DNA from: Spirochaetales bacterium
GTDB taxonomy: Bacteria > Spirochaetota > Spirochaetia > JABEVK01
DNA length: 50,810 nt
Direction of reading: 5' to 3'
Assembly: GCA_027451385.1 (NCBI GenBank)
Contig: DAIDJJ010000001.1
Span: 1-50,810, forward strand
Shown here: positions 17,969 through 28,300 of the stretch, piece after piece
How the letters are laid out: each line of letters starts with the position of its first letter
Numbering within the stretch: position 1 is the first letter of the stretch
The notes under the pieces: model-generated
Databases searched by the model: none
What the model was told of the DNA's origin: nothing
What the model saw: the letters and a program-made list of their open reading frames with translations, nothing else
Position numbers and translations under genes: made by a program

Positions 17969-18868
17969 TTATCGCTTAAACAGTGTCTTAAATTGCTCCC
18001 AAAACCCCTTGCCTTTTCTATGAGAGTAGTCCAAAGCAGCATCTTTGAGCGAAACCTTTTCGCCATATTTTCGTTTTAATTCATCCCAATGACGAACAAT
18101 CCAAATATAAAGGTCAGCCTTGGTTCTACCTGGAAAGCGGGTGATGATGCCTTCATGCCCTATGGTTTGAATGATGGGTAAGAATACGTTGTAATACCAC
18201 GACAGAGCTGCGTCTTGAAAACTGATTTCGTCCGTCATATTCAAGTTCATATAGTATTTGTGACCTTGAATGTGTTGAAGAATTTCATCAAAACGACCTG
18301 GATCAGAGAATTCAAGGTGTTCGAGGGGAATGATCTGGTCAAGATGTGTCTGATCGACAAACCGATCTTTTTCGTATTTGAGGAGCTTGTCACGCAATTC
18401 CTCGAGGGTTTCATTGTGTTCGAGTTTATAAGCCGTTTTGAGTTCGGTAACCTCCGCATCAATGGCTTCGACTCCCTGGGATTTGGCCACCGAGACGCGA
18501 TGATTACCATCACGCACAAAGTAGGAATCCCCCACTTTATACAATTTGATGGGGGGGAGAATCACATCTTGGATATGCGCTTTGTCTACCGATTCCCAGC
18601 GAGAACGCATGTATTCGTTCTTCGGTAAAAAAGCGACGTTAAAGTCTCGATAACGACCTTCAGAGCCTACAATTTTATCAATGGGGATGGCTTGCATTCC
18701 TCGATAAATTTCCGCATTAGGTCTCAGGAGTGTTTTTACTTCATTAAAGTTAAGAAGTTGATTTTTTTGAGGACGAAGAAAATGCACGACTCGAGAAAAG
18801 AATTCTTTTGTTCGGGCCTTGTTAAAATCTAGGCTTGCCTGCATTTTTGCCGATTCAATGGGCATCAT
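17969..18868 (-). CDS. ParB/sulfiredoxin-like N-terminal domain protein with a conserved C-terminal domain (DUF4032-like, from memory)
   Basis: IPIDKIVGSEGRYRDF...YFVRDGNHRVSVAKSQG is a ParB-N-type motif. The C-terminal part (ALSWYYNVFLPII...RTKADLYIWIV) resembles a conserved hypothetical family. Confidence 0.75.
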   Translation of the reverse strand: MMPIESAKMQASLDFNKARTKEFFSRVVHFLRPQKNQLLNFNEVKTLLRPNAEIYRGMQAIPIDKIVGSEGRYRDFNVAFLPKNEYMRSRWESVDKAHIQDVILPPIKLYKVGDSYFVRDGNHRVSVAKSQGVEAIDAEVTELKTAYKLEHNETLEELRDKLLKYEKDRFVDQTHLDQIIPLEHLEFSDPGRFDEILQHIQGHKYYMNLNMTDEISFQDAALSWYYNVFLPIIQTIGHEGIITRFPGRTKADLYIWIVRHWDELKRKYGEKVSLKDAALDYSHRKGKGFWEQFKTLFKR

Positions 18869-19533
18869 ACATCATACTCCAGAACAAAATGGTCATAACA
18901 ATTGATCACTTCAGTTTTTTTGTAGAAAGTTCGGCGCACATCGTTGAGTTCATAAAGGTGAATGTGCCCGTGAATCAAGTATTTGGGTTTAAACCAACGC
19001 ATGAACAACAAAAAGGCTTTAAAGCCTGTATGGCAAAGGTCGCTTTTGTCGTGAATACCACGTGGCGGGGCGTGAGTTAACAGAATATCAAGCCAACGGC
19101 CGTGAACCAGGCGGTTCCAAAGTAATCGGGGGAGCAATCGAAAGATACGAAACAACATTTGGATTTCGGTATATTGGTGCTCGCCGTCGTTATAACGCAT
19201 GGAGCCCCCAAGTCCCGCGATTAAAACTTTCTGCATTTTTCGAACACGGTCTTCGAGGTAAGTTGCCCCATAAGCCGTCTGGGAACGAAAGTTGTCATCG
19301 GCTGTCAGCTCTGCAGGCGAAGCTTCACGGCGTTGAAAATGTCTTAAGCGAGAAAGGTTATGGTTACCGAAGATGAACAAAAGAGGAACATTTAAGCAAC
19401 TCACAATGTAGCTGTAATATTCCATCGGCAAATCTCCAGCCCCTAATACCATCGAGACCCCTTTGTAGCGGCCTTTGATCTGAGTGCTATAAACCAATGG
19501 GTCAATATGATCAGCGACACAGAGAATTTTCAT
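18865..19533 (-). CDS. calcineurin-like metallophosphoesterase
   Basis: All metal motifs are present: VADH, GAGDL, GNHN, THAPP and HGHIH. I prefer the ATG at 19533 (MKILCVADH). The ORF-track extension to 19617 overlaps the upstream gene. Its stop overlaps the next start (ATGA). Confidence 0.85.
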   Translation of the reverse strand: MKILCVADHIDPLVYSTQIKGRYKGVSMVLGAGDLPMEYYSYIVSCLNVPLLFIFGNHNLSRLRHFQRREASPAELTADDNFRSQTAYGATYLEDRVRKMQKVLIAGLGGSMRYNDGEHQYTEIQMLFRIFRLLPRLLWNRLVHGRWLDILLTHAPPRGIHDKSDLCHTGFKAFLLFMRWFKPKYLIHGHIHLYELNDVRRTFYKKTEVINCYDHFVLEYDV

Positions 19534-19543
19534 AGCGAGGTCC

Positions 19544-20911
19544 TTAGAAATCAGCCTTCTTGAGCAATTCTTGGAGCTGATCTTTGCCAATGAGTTCGTA
19601 GGGTCGTGTTTCGGCAAAAGTTTGCGCGGCTCGGGTAAACGCCGTATTGGTCACCATATAACATTTATTCGCACCTAGACGGCGAATTTCTTCAAGAACT
19701 TCTCGTAAAATAGGCTCGTCAAGATTGGAACTGGTTCGAAAGAAATGCATGAGTTTAGGCATTTTCTTGACGTTTCGCCATTTTTCTGACTCGTTTTCGA
19801 TCGATACAATCCGTACTGTTCCACCAGGGAGTTCTTCACAGCTTTGTACCGAAAAACCCATGGCTGCCGTAATTTTCTGGCATATTTCCATGTACTTTTG
19901 CTTTGAACTCGTGACGTAGTCTTTAATTCGGTCATCCATCCTCAAGTCTTGATAGGCCGAAAGTTTTTCAGCAACATCCTTAAAGGTGGGCTTTTTAGAA
20001 TAGATTTTCTCCCATTCCGTGATAGCTTTGTCAATGTTTCGTGTTTTTTCGTAGCAATGCGCTAAAAAGTAACGGGCAAAGAGGACATCTTTATCCGCAT
20101 CATCTGTCGAGAGCTTGACGGCTCTTTCTAGTTCGATGATGGCGCGTTCATAGTTTTTTTGGGCAAGAAAACAGCTTCCCCGCTCTACGAGGGCCTTCAC
20201 CTTCAGTTCGGGATCTTTAACGGCCTTCTCGAAAGCCGTAAGAGCTCCGCCATAGTCATGCGACTCCTTTAACAAACGACCTAAAAAGAAAAAGGCATGG
20301 TAGTTTTCTGGGGCAAGTCGTAGGGCTATTTCAAGCTCTTGGCGTGCTTCGACAGGACGATTGGCACGAAAAAACAGCATTCCCAGCTTCAAATGGGCAT
20401 CCCCATTGTTGGGGTCGAGCTCTAGGGCCTTTTTATAGAACTTGTGGGCTTGATCACCTTTATTTCGTTCTTCGAAGATAGAAGCTGCCTGAAAGTAGTA
20501 ATCGCCAATATTGGGATCAAGTTTAATCAGAAGTAAGTATTCTTTTAAGGCTTCTTCATCTTGGCCAAACCTCATGTACAGATCGGCAATTCGTTTTCGA
20601 TAATCTTTTTCGACTAAGTATCCTTGAAAAATCCCGATCTGATTGACAGTTTTTAGCTCCATGAGGGCGAGTTCGGCTTTATTGTCCGCTAAGTAAGCGA
20701 GCCCCAAAAAGTAGTGGGCTTCAGCGTTGCGAGGATCTTTGGCCAACAGGGCTTTCGCCGCTTTTATGGCGGCTTGTGCTTTTCCTGCCTTGACAAGATC
20801 GGCCAACGCCGAGATTCTTTTCGGTGTCAGGATGGATCGGAGGAGAAAAAAAACGGCTACACCAATGGAACAGCCGAGAATAATAATGATGAGAATCAGT
20901 ATTGGTGACAT
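19544..20911 (-). CDS. membrane-anchored TPR protein with a C-terminal Mrr-like (restriction-endonuclease-fold) domain
   Basis: N-terminal TM helix (ILILIIIILGCSIGVAVFFLL) and about 7 TPR units. The last ~120 aa align by eye to the Mrr_cat pattern (ITAAMGFSV...GGTVRIVSIE...CYMVTNTAFTRAAQTFAE...ELIGKDQLQELL). Confidence 0.8.
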   Translation of the reverse strand: MSPILILIIIILGCSIGVAVFFLLRSILTPKRISALADLVKAGKAQAAIKAAKALLAKDPRNAEAHYFLGLAYLADNKAELALMELKTVNQIGIFQGYLVEKDYRKRIADLYMRFGQDEEALKEYLLLIKLDPNIGDYYFQAASIFEERNKGDQAHKFYKKALELDPNNGDAHLKLGMLFFRANRPVEARQELEIALRLAPENYHAFFFLGRLLKESHDYGGALTAFEKAVKDPELKVKALVERGSCFLAQKNYERAIIELERAVKLSTDDADKDVLFARYFLAHCYEKTRNIDKAITEWEKIYSKKPTFKDVAEKLSAYQDLRMDDRIKDYVTSSKQKYMEICQKITAAMGFSVQSCEELPGGTVRIVSIENESEKWRNVKKMPKLMHFFRTSSNLDEPILREVLEEIRRLGANKCYMVTNTAFTRAAQTFAETRPYELIGKDQLQELLKKADF

Positions 20912-21704
20912 AAAGACCCACTTCGTATCGTATTACTTCCCCAGGCTGTTGTCAAACCGAGCTTTATGGTTGGTTGGGTTACTTTTCTCCGTGGCTGGCC
21001 TTTGGGCGGCAGATTTTTTTTCAGATGGTGAAAAAGCTCTGGCGGCAAATCAACTCGACAAAGCGCAAACTTATCTTGAAGCGGCTTTGGGGCAGGGACA
21101 GATATCTGAAAAATTATATCTTGACCTAGGCTTGGTTTATCAGAAGTTGGGGTTGATCGGCGAAGCTTTAAAAATGTTTCATAAAGGGGCCGAGTTGGGT
21201 GGTCCCTTGCAGTACTTACTTGAATATGATGCGGGTGCAGTTTCTTTTTCTCAAAAAGATTGGAGCTCCGCAGAGCAAGCCTACACGACCGTGCTTCAGC
21301 TTAGGCCTCAATTTGCCGACGCCGTGTTAAATCGGGCAAATACCCGATTAGAAGAAAAAAACTGGTCGGGGGCTATTTCTGATTATGAACAGTATCTTAC
21401 CTTGGCACCGCAGAACCCCCAAAAGGACACGATCACACAGTTGATTGCGTTACTGCAACAAGCCCAGGCGGATGCTGTAGCTCAAAAGTTGGCCCAAGAA
21501 GTTCAGGCAAAACAAGCTGCCCAAGCAAAAGCTGAAGCCGAAGCCCAGGCTCAAGCCCAAGCTGCTGCTGAAAAGAAAAAACAGGAAGAAATTTTGCAAA
21601 AAATCCGTCAAAGTTTAAAAGGTGTGACGGGTGACTCAAAAGCTTTAGGGACTGGCCCCGCAGGAGTAAAATCCGACGATGGCGACTTTACTTTGTCCCC
21701 TTAA
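20886..21704 (+). CDS. secreted TPR protein with an Ala/Gln/Glu-rich C-terminal coiled coil
   Basis: TPR-like repeats after a signal-like segment (ALWLVGLLFSVAGLWA/AD). The start is uncertain: ATG 20886/20889 would overlap the divergent gene, while TTG 20949 would give a clean signal peptide. ORF-track TTG 20727 is unlikely. Confidence 0.65.
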   Translation: MMRISIGDIKTHFVSYYFPRLLSNRALWLVGLLFSVAGLWAADFFSDGEKALAANQLDKAQTYLEAALGQGQISEKLYLDLGLVYQKLGLIGEALKMFHKGAELGGPLQYLLEYDAGAVSFSQKDWSSAEQAYTTVLQLRPQFADAVLNRANTRLEEKNWSGAISDYEQYLTLAPQNPQKDTITQLIALLQQAQADAVAQKLAQEVQAKQAAQAKAEAEAQAQAQAAAEKKKQEEILQKIRQSLKGVTGDSKALGTGPAGVKSDDGDFTLSP

Positions 21705-21730
21705 GGTTAAAAAGTTCAAGGAGTACAGGA

Positions 21731-23599
21731 ATGAAAAAACGTTTAGGCTGGATCCTAGCAACGGGAGTAGCTCTCCTTTTTTTGGCGGGGGGCATCTTTT
21801 GGGTGACAAGCCACCAGGATGGAGGCTCTATCCGTGCCAATACTTTGAAGTTGGCCGCCGACTACGGTAGTCATGGGGACTACCAGCGGGCTTTAGACCT
21901 ACTGGATCAACTTCTTATTAAAAATGCTTCAGACCACGAGGCTATGGCCTTACGGGACAAACTCTTAGCAGAACAACAAACTGCGACCCAAGCTGCCAAG
22001 AACCAGCAGTTAAATGCTTTGCAATCGGCCAACACCCAATTGCGAGATAGTTTAAATTCCTTGTCACAACGACTCAATACACCCTCTTTAGGTGGTGGGG
22101 ATTCTGCGGCACAAGAAGCGGCCCAACGCCGTGCTGAAGCTCAAAAGGCTCAGGCGTTGCGTTTGGAGCGTGAGAAAGCGCAAGAAGCTCACCTGAGTGC
22201 CGCTCAGCGCGCCAAACAAAAGCTGATTGATCAAGGGATTGAACTCATGAATAACGGTCAATACAGTCAAGCTCGTGAAAAATTTCACGAAGTGCTTTCG
22301 CAAGATCCCAGTAACGGCGAAGCGAACATTCGTCTGGGGGAAAATGACTTCCTAGAAAACCCGCAAGATCCGCAAACTCGACAAAAAGCCCTCGATGCCC
22401 TCAGCCAAGGCCTGTCTGCCTCACCCCGGAATGCGCATGGCTTTGCCGTAAGAGGTGACGTGTACGCAGAATCGAAAAACTGGCCTGCGGCGATCAGCGA
22501 TTATCAAACGTCTTTGAGGCTTGACCCCAATAACGCCGAAGTTTGGTACTCGTTGGGAAAAGCTTATTTCATTTCACGTCGTTACCAAGAGGCTGCCGAT
22601 GCCTTTAAAACTTCGTTACGGTACGATGAGAAAAATGCCTTAACGTACAATGCCTTAGGTAGCTCTTATGCTCAATTGGGTAACGACCGCAAAGCTCAAG
22701 AAGCCTTTACTCGTGCTGTAGACCTTAAACCGGACTTTTCCCTGGCGAATTACCAGCTGGGACGGACCTTAGCTAATCAAGGAAAAGTCGAAGCCGCTTT
22801 GCGTTCCTTTCAAAAAGCGGCTCACCTAGATCCGAATTCCGTGACCTTTGCGGCAGGCTTAGGGGCCGCCTATTACGATCTTGGTCGTTACAAAGACGCT
22901 GAAGCCCAGTATGCCCGCGCAGTAGTCCTCAACGGAACCCGAGCCGACTTGGTGTACAACTTGTCTACCTGTCAGCTTCAACTGGGTGAAATTAATCAAG
23001 CCTTAGACAATGCCCAAAAAGCCACCTCGATGGATGCTACTGTGCCCGAGTACTTTTTCAACTTAGGCAAGTGCCTCGAAAAGGTCGGTTCCCCCGATTT
23101 AGCCGTAACGGCTTACCAGAATGCCCTCCAATTAAAGGCAGATTATGCCGCGCCGCGCGTCCAAATTGCCTTGATTCTTGAACAAAAAGGGGATTTGGAT
23201 GGGGCTATGACTCAGTTGCGTAAGGCCTATGATGCCGCCCCGAGTAACGCCGCCGTCGTCAATAATCTTGGTCAGGTCTACCTGAAAAAGCATTTAGCTT
23301 CTGAAGCTGTAGATTTCTTTCATAAAGCCTTGGCCAATCAAAATGATACGCCGGATATTCGGTATAACTTAGCTTTGGCCTATATTGCGGCGGGGCAAAA
23401 AGACTTAGCCTTGGCGGTACTCGAAGACCTTGTTAAGCTGTTCCCCAAATATTGGGACGGTTGGTATCAGTTGGGAAGCCTGCAGTACGATCTGGGGCAA
23501 ACCTCTGACGGCAAGAAAACCTATCAAAAGTTGCTGAACGAGAACCCGAACTATTCGCATGCCACCGAAATCGAAGCGGTTCTGTCGAAGTCAAACTAG
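21731..23599 (+). CDS. membrane-anchored TPR-repeat protein
   Basis: 622 aa with an N-terminal TM helix, a Gln/Ala coiled coil and at least 10 TPR units. SD aaggag lies 8 nt upstream. Confidence 0.85.
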   Translation: MKKRLGWILATGVALLFLAGGIFWVTSHQDGGSIRANTLKLAADYGSHGDYQRALDLLDQLLIKNASDHEAMALRDKLLAEQQTATQAAKNQQLNALQSANTQLRDSLNSLSQRLNTPSLGGGDSAAQEAAQRRAEAQKAQALRLEREKAQEAHLSAAQRAKQKLIDQGIELMNNGQYSQAREKFHEVLSQDPSNGEANIRLGENDFLENPQDPQTRQKALDALSQGLSASPRNAHGFAVRGDVYAESKNWPAAISDYQTSLRLDPNNAEVWYSLGKAYFISRRYQEAADAFKTSLRYDEKNALTYNALGSSYAQLGNDRKAQEAFTRAVDLKPDFSLANYQLGRTLANQGKVEAALRSFQKAAHLDPNSVTFAAGLGAAYYDLGRYKDAEAQYARAVVLNGTRADLVYNLSTCQLQLGEINQALDNAQKATSMDATVPEYFFNLGKCLEKVGSPDLAVTAYQNALQLKADYAAPRVQIALILEQKGDLDGAMTQLRKAYDAAPSNAAVVNNLGQVYLKKHLASEAVDFFHKALANQNDTPDIRYNLALAYIAAGQKDLALAVLEDLVKLFPKYWDGWYQLGSLQYDLGQTSDGKKTYQKLLNENPNYSHATEIEAVLSKSN

Positions 23600-23605
23600 T
23601 GCAAA

Positions 23606-25360
23606 CTAAACTAGACGGCCGATTTTTTCGAAGAGCTCCTTTCGGCTGAGCGTAACCCAAAGGGGCCTTCCGTGGGGACACCGGGCATTTTCTAGATGAA
23701 AAGCTCGGTGGACTAGATCCCGCGCCGTCTGTGGGGCCAAAGGGTCCCCGTCCATCACAGCTGAACGACAAGCCAGGGTCGCGTACAAGTCTTTTTCTAG
23801 ATCTTGGGGCGGTTTGACAAAGGTCGTTAAAAACTCAAGAACAAGATTTTCCCGATCGGCCGCAACTTGGGGCAGACGGTACAATTCGGCACATCCGTCG
23901 GGAAACCGCAACCCAATGCCCAAGGTCTCCCACTCGGTCTGACGTTGCTGGAGCTGTTGCAAAACTTCTGGTTCGACCCAAAAGCGTCTGGGAAACAATA
24001 GCTCTTGCACTTGTCCGGCCTGTGACCGTAGTTCATCGTACAATAGCCGTTCGTGGGCAGCGTGCTGGTCGACCAAGTACAACACATCATCCTTTTCAAC
24101 CACTAAAAAAACACCAAGAACTTGTCCCAAATAGCGAAACGGGTAATTCAACTCGGAAGTAGCTGGGGCTTTTGGCAGGGGCGTATCCCAAATCGCGGTC
24201 GAAGGTAGCTGACCCCTCCCGCGAAGAACTGGGGCTTGACCCTCAGACCTTTCTTGAACTTCTGAGCCAAACGAAAGACTCGGGCCTAAAGGGGGTGGTC
24301 CAGCTGGGTTAAGGGTGGTTTGAAACAATGGCGCCGCAGGAACAGTCCTTTGCAAACCTGTCCGAACGGTTTGTACCAAAGCCCGGTGGAGACTATCTGC
24401 TCCGCGAAATCTAGCCTCTCGCTTGGCAGGATGAATATTGAAATCGACCAACCGTGGGGCGACTTGTAAAAAAACTGCAGCATACGGAAAAGCCCCTCCG
24501 GGAAGCCAGCCTTCGTAGGCGTAACTGACAGCCTGAACAAAAGCAAACTCTTGAAGGGGGCGATGGTTGGCCCAAATGTGAATACCTTTGCGGTCACTTC
24601 GGTGTGCTGGGGGTAAAAGGGCCCAAACCGACCATTGGGCCTCGCTGTCGCCACCTTGAAATTCACGAAGGTTGGCCGTGTCATCCCATGGTGTACCCCA
24701 TAATTGACCTAACCGCTCCCCCAGAGTTTGCGGTTCGACCTGTAGCCTCAGTTTGCCATCGATGATAAGACGAAAGCCAACTTCAGGAAAAGCCAAAGCT
24801 TTTTCATCAAAGACTTTACGGCACAATTGACTTTCTGCAGCCGGAGATTTCAAAAAGCGTTTTCGAGCCGGTAGTTCATGAAACAGTTCGGTAATTCTCA
24901 CCGTAGTTCCCTGGGGTGAGGCAGCCTTTTTTACCGCTTGGGCTCGGCCATTGTTGACTTCGAGCCGATACCCCAATTCACCATCCCGTGAGGTAAGGAT
25001 ATTCAGGCGTGAACACGCGGCGACACTGCCTAAGGCTTCACCACGAAAGCCTAAACTGGTGAGATTGTCGAGATCTTCGAGGTTGAGAATTTTACTCGTG
25101 GCATGGGGAAGCCAGCACAATTCTAAATCTTCTGACGACATGCCCCAACCATCATCGGTGACTTGTAAGGCTTCTAGTCCGCCGGCTTCCCAACGAACCT
25201 CAATTTGATGGGCTCCAGCATCTAAAGCGTTATCCAAGAGTTCCCGCAACAGCGAGGCGGGGCGTTCGATAACTTCTCCGGCGGCGATGCGCCGGGCCAC
25301 TGACTCAGAAAGAACTTGAACAGGGCGTGGTCCTAAACTATTCACCGGACAAGTGTACAC
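23606..25360 (-). CDS. mutL: DNA mismatch repair protein MutL (endonuclease-type)
   Basis: GHKL ATPase N-terminus (RRIAAGEVIERPASLLRELLDNALDAGA). The C-terminus has DQHAAHERLLYDE, ACRSAV and CPHGRP motifs. The GTG start is uncertain. Confidence 0.93.
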   Translation of the reverse strand: MYTCPVNSLGPRPVQVLSESVARRIAAGEVIERPASLLRELLDNALDAGAHQIEVRWEAGGLEALQVTDDGWGMSSEDLELCWLPHATSKILNLEDLDNLTSLGFRGEALGSVAACSRLNILTSRDGELGYRLEVNNGRAQAVKKAASPQGTTVRITELFHELPARKRFLKSPAAESQLCRKVFDEKALAFPEVGFRLIIDGKLRLQVEPQTLGERLGQLWGTPWDDTANLREFQGGDSEAQWSVWALLPPAHRSDRKGIHIWANHRPLQEFAFVQAVSYAYEGWLPGGAFPYAAVFLQVAPRLVDFNIHPAKREARFRGADSLHRALVQTVRTGLQRTVPAAPLFQTTLNPAGPPPLGPSLSFGSEVQERSEGQAPVLRGRGQLPSTAIWDTPLPKAPATSELNYPFRYLGQVLGVFLVVEKDDVLYLVDQHAAHERLLYDELRSQAGQVQELLFPRRFWVEPEVLQQLQQRQTEWETLGIGLRFPDGCAELYRLPQVAADRENLVLEFLTTFVKPPQDLEKDLYATLACRSAVMDGDPLAPQTARDLVHRAFHLENARCPHGRPLWVTLSRKELFEKIGRLV

Positions 25361-25378
25361 GGAGAAGGCTGGTTTACT

Positions 25379-28300
25379 CTAGAAGCTAAGCTTCATATCG
25401 AGTGTGGCTTCAAGTCCGACGAGGTATTGGTATTCATTCCACTGATTGCCCCACTTGAGCGTTAAGGTCAATGAACTGGCTCGTGACACGGTTAAAATAG
25501 CCGCGTAGACAGCCTCTAACTTTTGCAAAAGAGGAGAAGGTACCGTTCCGCTTCCTACCAGAATATCCAGGCTAAGTTGGTGTTCAATGGTCCTGGGAAA
25601 ATCTGGAGCACTGAACCAGTCGGGAAACTTAAAGGGGAGGTGGGCAGGAAGTTGAATATCCCAGGCGGGGGTCACCTCCAGTGTTGTCAAACTAGTTTGT
25701 GACCATTGCGCTGTGAACTTGACTGGTAATTGAAGATTTTCACGGCTGGTCAGGTAAACTTTCGGCAGGACAGTTGCCGCAATTTGAGTATTTTGATCTG
25801 TAGCTTGACTGCCGGTAGAAACACTGGATTGCAGGTTCCAGGACCATTGGTCGGTTTCATACCAAAGGGCCAGGGGGTCGACCCCCTCGCGACCAAAGAG
25901 GTTGTTCGCTTGAGAGCTAAGGGTAAGTTGAGTTTGCTGATACGTTAAAAGGCTGGAGAGTTGCCGCGATTGACGGTTTAGAAATTTCACATCAGCCTGC
26001 AAAGGCCACAGCAAATCCCAAGCGGTAAAGGTGCCTGGTCGGTTCAAATTCAGTTCCGCATCAGATTCCAGGGCACCAGAACTTAAAGAGGCGGTTTGCC
26101 CTGCTAGGGCGTTGTCGGTGAACATTTCGGAAAAAGGTAATGAAAATAGCCCAGGAGACACACTGCCCAGCTGAGCCCAAGAAGCCTGGAGTAGTTCTGG
26201 AGTGGTCATTCCTGAGGTGTTTTGATCGGTCAGCGTCAATGAGCGAGCCACACTGGGGGTGAATTTCCAAGGTGTTCCCCATAACGTCAGCAAGAACGGC
26301 CAGCCTGCGGACCACGAGGTTTTTGGTCCAGCCAACCAAGGGGAACCTTGGGTTTGATCGGTTTCGAGGTTGAGTTGAAGGTTCCAACCCCAGGGACGGC
26401 TTTCAAGCGAGGGCAATTCCACCCATGACCAAGAAGCTAGAGCTTGACTAAAATCGGGAACATCGGTACGCCAGCGTAACCAATCCCAACTATCTACCCA
26501 TTGCTGGGCAAACGGAGCCAAGGTGAGTTCTGTATTGCGAATTTCATGCCAATTTAGCTGGGCCGTTAGACCATCGGTGAGAGGGAGCAAAGGCGCAAAC
26601 CAGCGGCTCCACGAAGCTTGATAATTTTGTTCGAGCCGGACTGGTGGCCCTAAGGCTGAAGCTGTGATGGCCAAGTTTCCCCAATCGGGCAAATTGAGTT
26701 GAGCTTCTTCCAGTCGTGATCCATAGTCTGAGAATTTTTCAGAGAGTACCAAGGGGCCTAACGGCAACGAAGCATCATAGGCACCATGGAGTTGTGATGC
26801 CCCCGGTGTGGCGGCCATAGTAGTCTGGACATTCCAGCGTGACCCTAAAACAGTTGTGACCACGTCGCTTTCGCCAGACCAAGTTGGTTCGGCCGCGGTG
26901 CTTCCGCTCGTGGTTGTGGTGGCTGTGACTTGCGTACCGCTGACCAAAGAAACCTCTTGGACTTTCCACGCGTGGGGCTGGTGCCAACTCCCTGAAGCTC
27001 GAACGGTTCCTTTGAGTTCCCAAAGAGGGTCTTCGGCGTGAATTTCTGCAAAGTAGGCGGTAACTCCCTGTGAGCCGCTCGAAGACAGGGTCAGATGATC
27101 CCAGTCTGAAGCACTCGAATCTAGATGAACTGTTCCTTGGGTGACGCCATCGACTTGCAGGGTGAGGGCCTTTAAATCGATAACGGCTTTGTGCCAATTG
27201 GTCGTGGGGCCTGCCACAGGATTCCAGGATACGCTCAAACCACGACCAGAGGGGTCTGCGGCGGTGAACGTCACCGTACCTGGGTTGCCACTGGCGTAGC
27301 GATAATAAAAAACTAACTGGCCCCAAACTTGAGAGCGAAAGGGGGAAATCGTCGCAATTAAAGAATAATCTGAAGCTGACAACAGTTCCATTACCTGAAT
27401 ATTCAGAGCCGAAGCATTAAAACGGTTTGAAATTTCAGGAAATAAACTTTCAAGAGGCTGAGGAGCTTGTTGCAATTCAGAGGTTTCTGGGATCTCGCGG
27501 ACAGTGGTCCCACTGGTTCCCGAGGTTGTTTGAGGGGCAAAGACTGACCCTTCAAACTCGGCAGACTCGGCTAATACGCGAGCTGAAGTACTCCAGGCAG
27601 ACCCTGGGTTGACGATCACAAGCCGCCAGCCGCCTGCCGATCGAAGCAAAGCTCTTTCGGTGTCGGTCAGTCGTAAGGTGAGCTCTTGCCAGGATGTACT
27701 GGTTAAGCTTAAAGCCCCAGAGGGGTCCCCTCCGCCCTGAACTCCATCCGAGCCACTTAACAAGGGGGTAAGTTCGCGAGTCAACAGGGCTCCATCCCGG
27801 GACAAAACCCCGTCACCATTCCCATCATTGGTCCAAGTAGAACCTTCCGGTAGGGGATAGTCGACGGTTTCACCACGAGTTTGATCGTAAAAGGTCATCC
27901 CCGGACGGGTTCCCCCGGTTGTTTGTGCCACACTGCCTGTTCCGTCAATATCTTCACCGACACTTCCGGCTTGAAAGAAAACCCTGGTACCGGCAGGGAG
28001 CGTATCAGGAAGACAAATATCCAGGCGAATCGCCTCAGTTCCCGAAAGATCGCGGGGAACACCACGGTCAAAGACCACTTGAGCACCGGCCCATTGGTTG
28101 GCTCCTAGTTGCGATTCAAGGCTGAGGACACGATCTGTACGGGTCTCGTAACCGAGCATCAGGTATGGCCCGGTCCAGCCGTTGGACCCGTAAGGCACTA
28201 ACGGGGCATTGGGGTTTTCATTACCCGGACTCCCTCCGTTACCTAGAACCATAGCTCCCGAAAGAGGGTCAAGGCTCCAGTAGTCACGGTAGAGAAGGGC

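Noticed and set aside
19534-19617. Upstream extension of the metallophosphoesterase ORF.
   Set aside because: It would overlap the 3' end of the TPR gene. The phosphoesterase motif I (MKILCVADH) starts at the internal ATG.
20727-20885. Upstream extension of the plus-strand TPR ORF and the 64-66-aa ORFs at 20714-20921.
   Set aside because: All lie antisense to or overlapping the N-terminal coding region of the 455-aa TPR gene. No signal or TPR features appear until after about 20886.
26775-27326. 183-aa Arg-rich ORF and other 60-110-aa ORFs inside the giant OMP gene.
   Set aside because: They are alternative-frame or antisense ORFs within a continuous 4.8-kb frame, and their composition is typical of off-frame translation.
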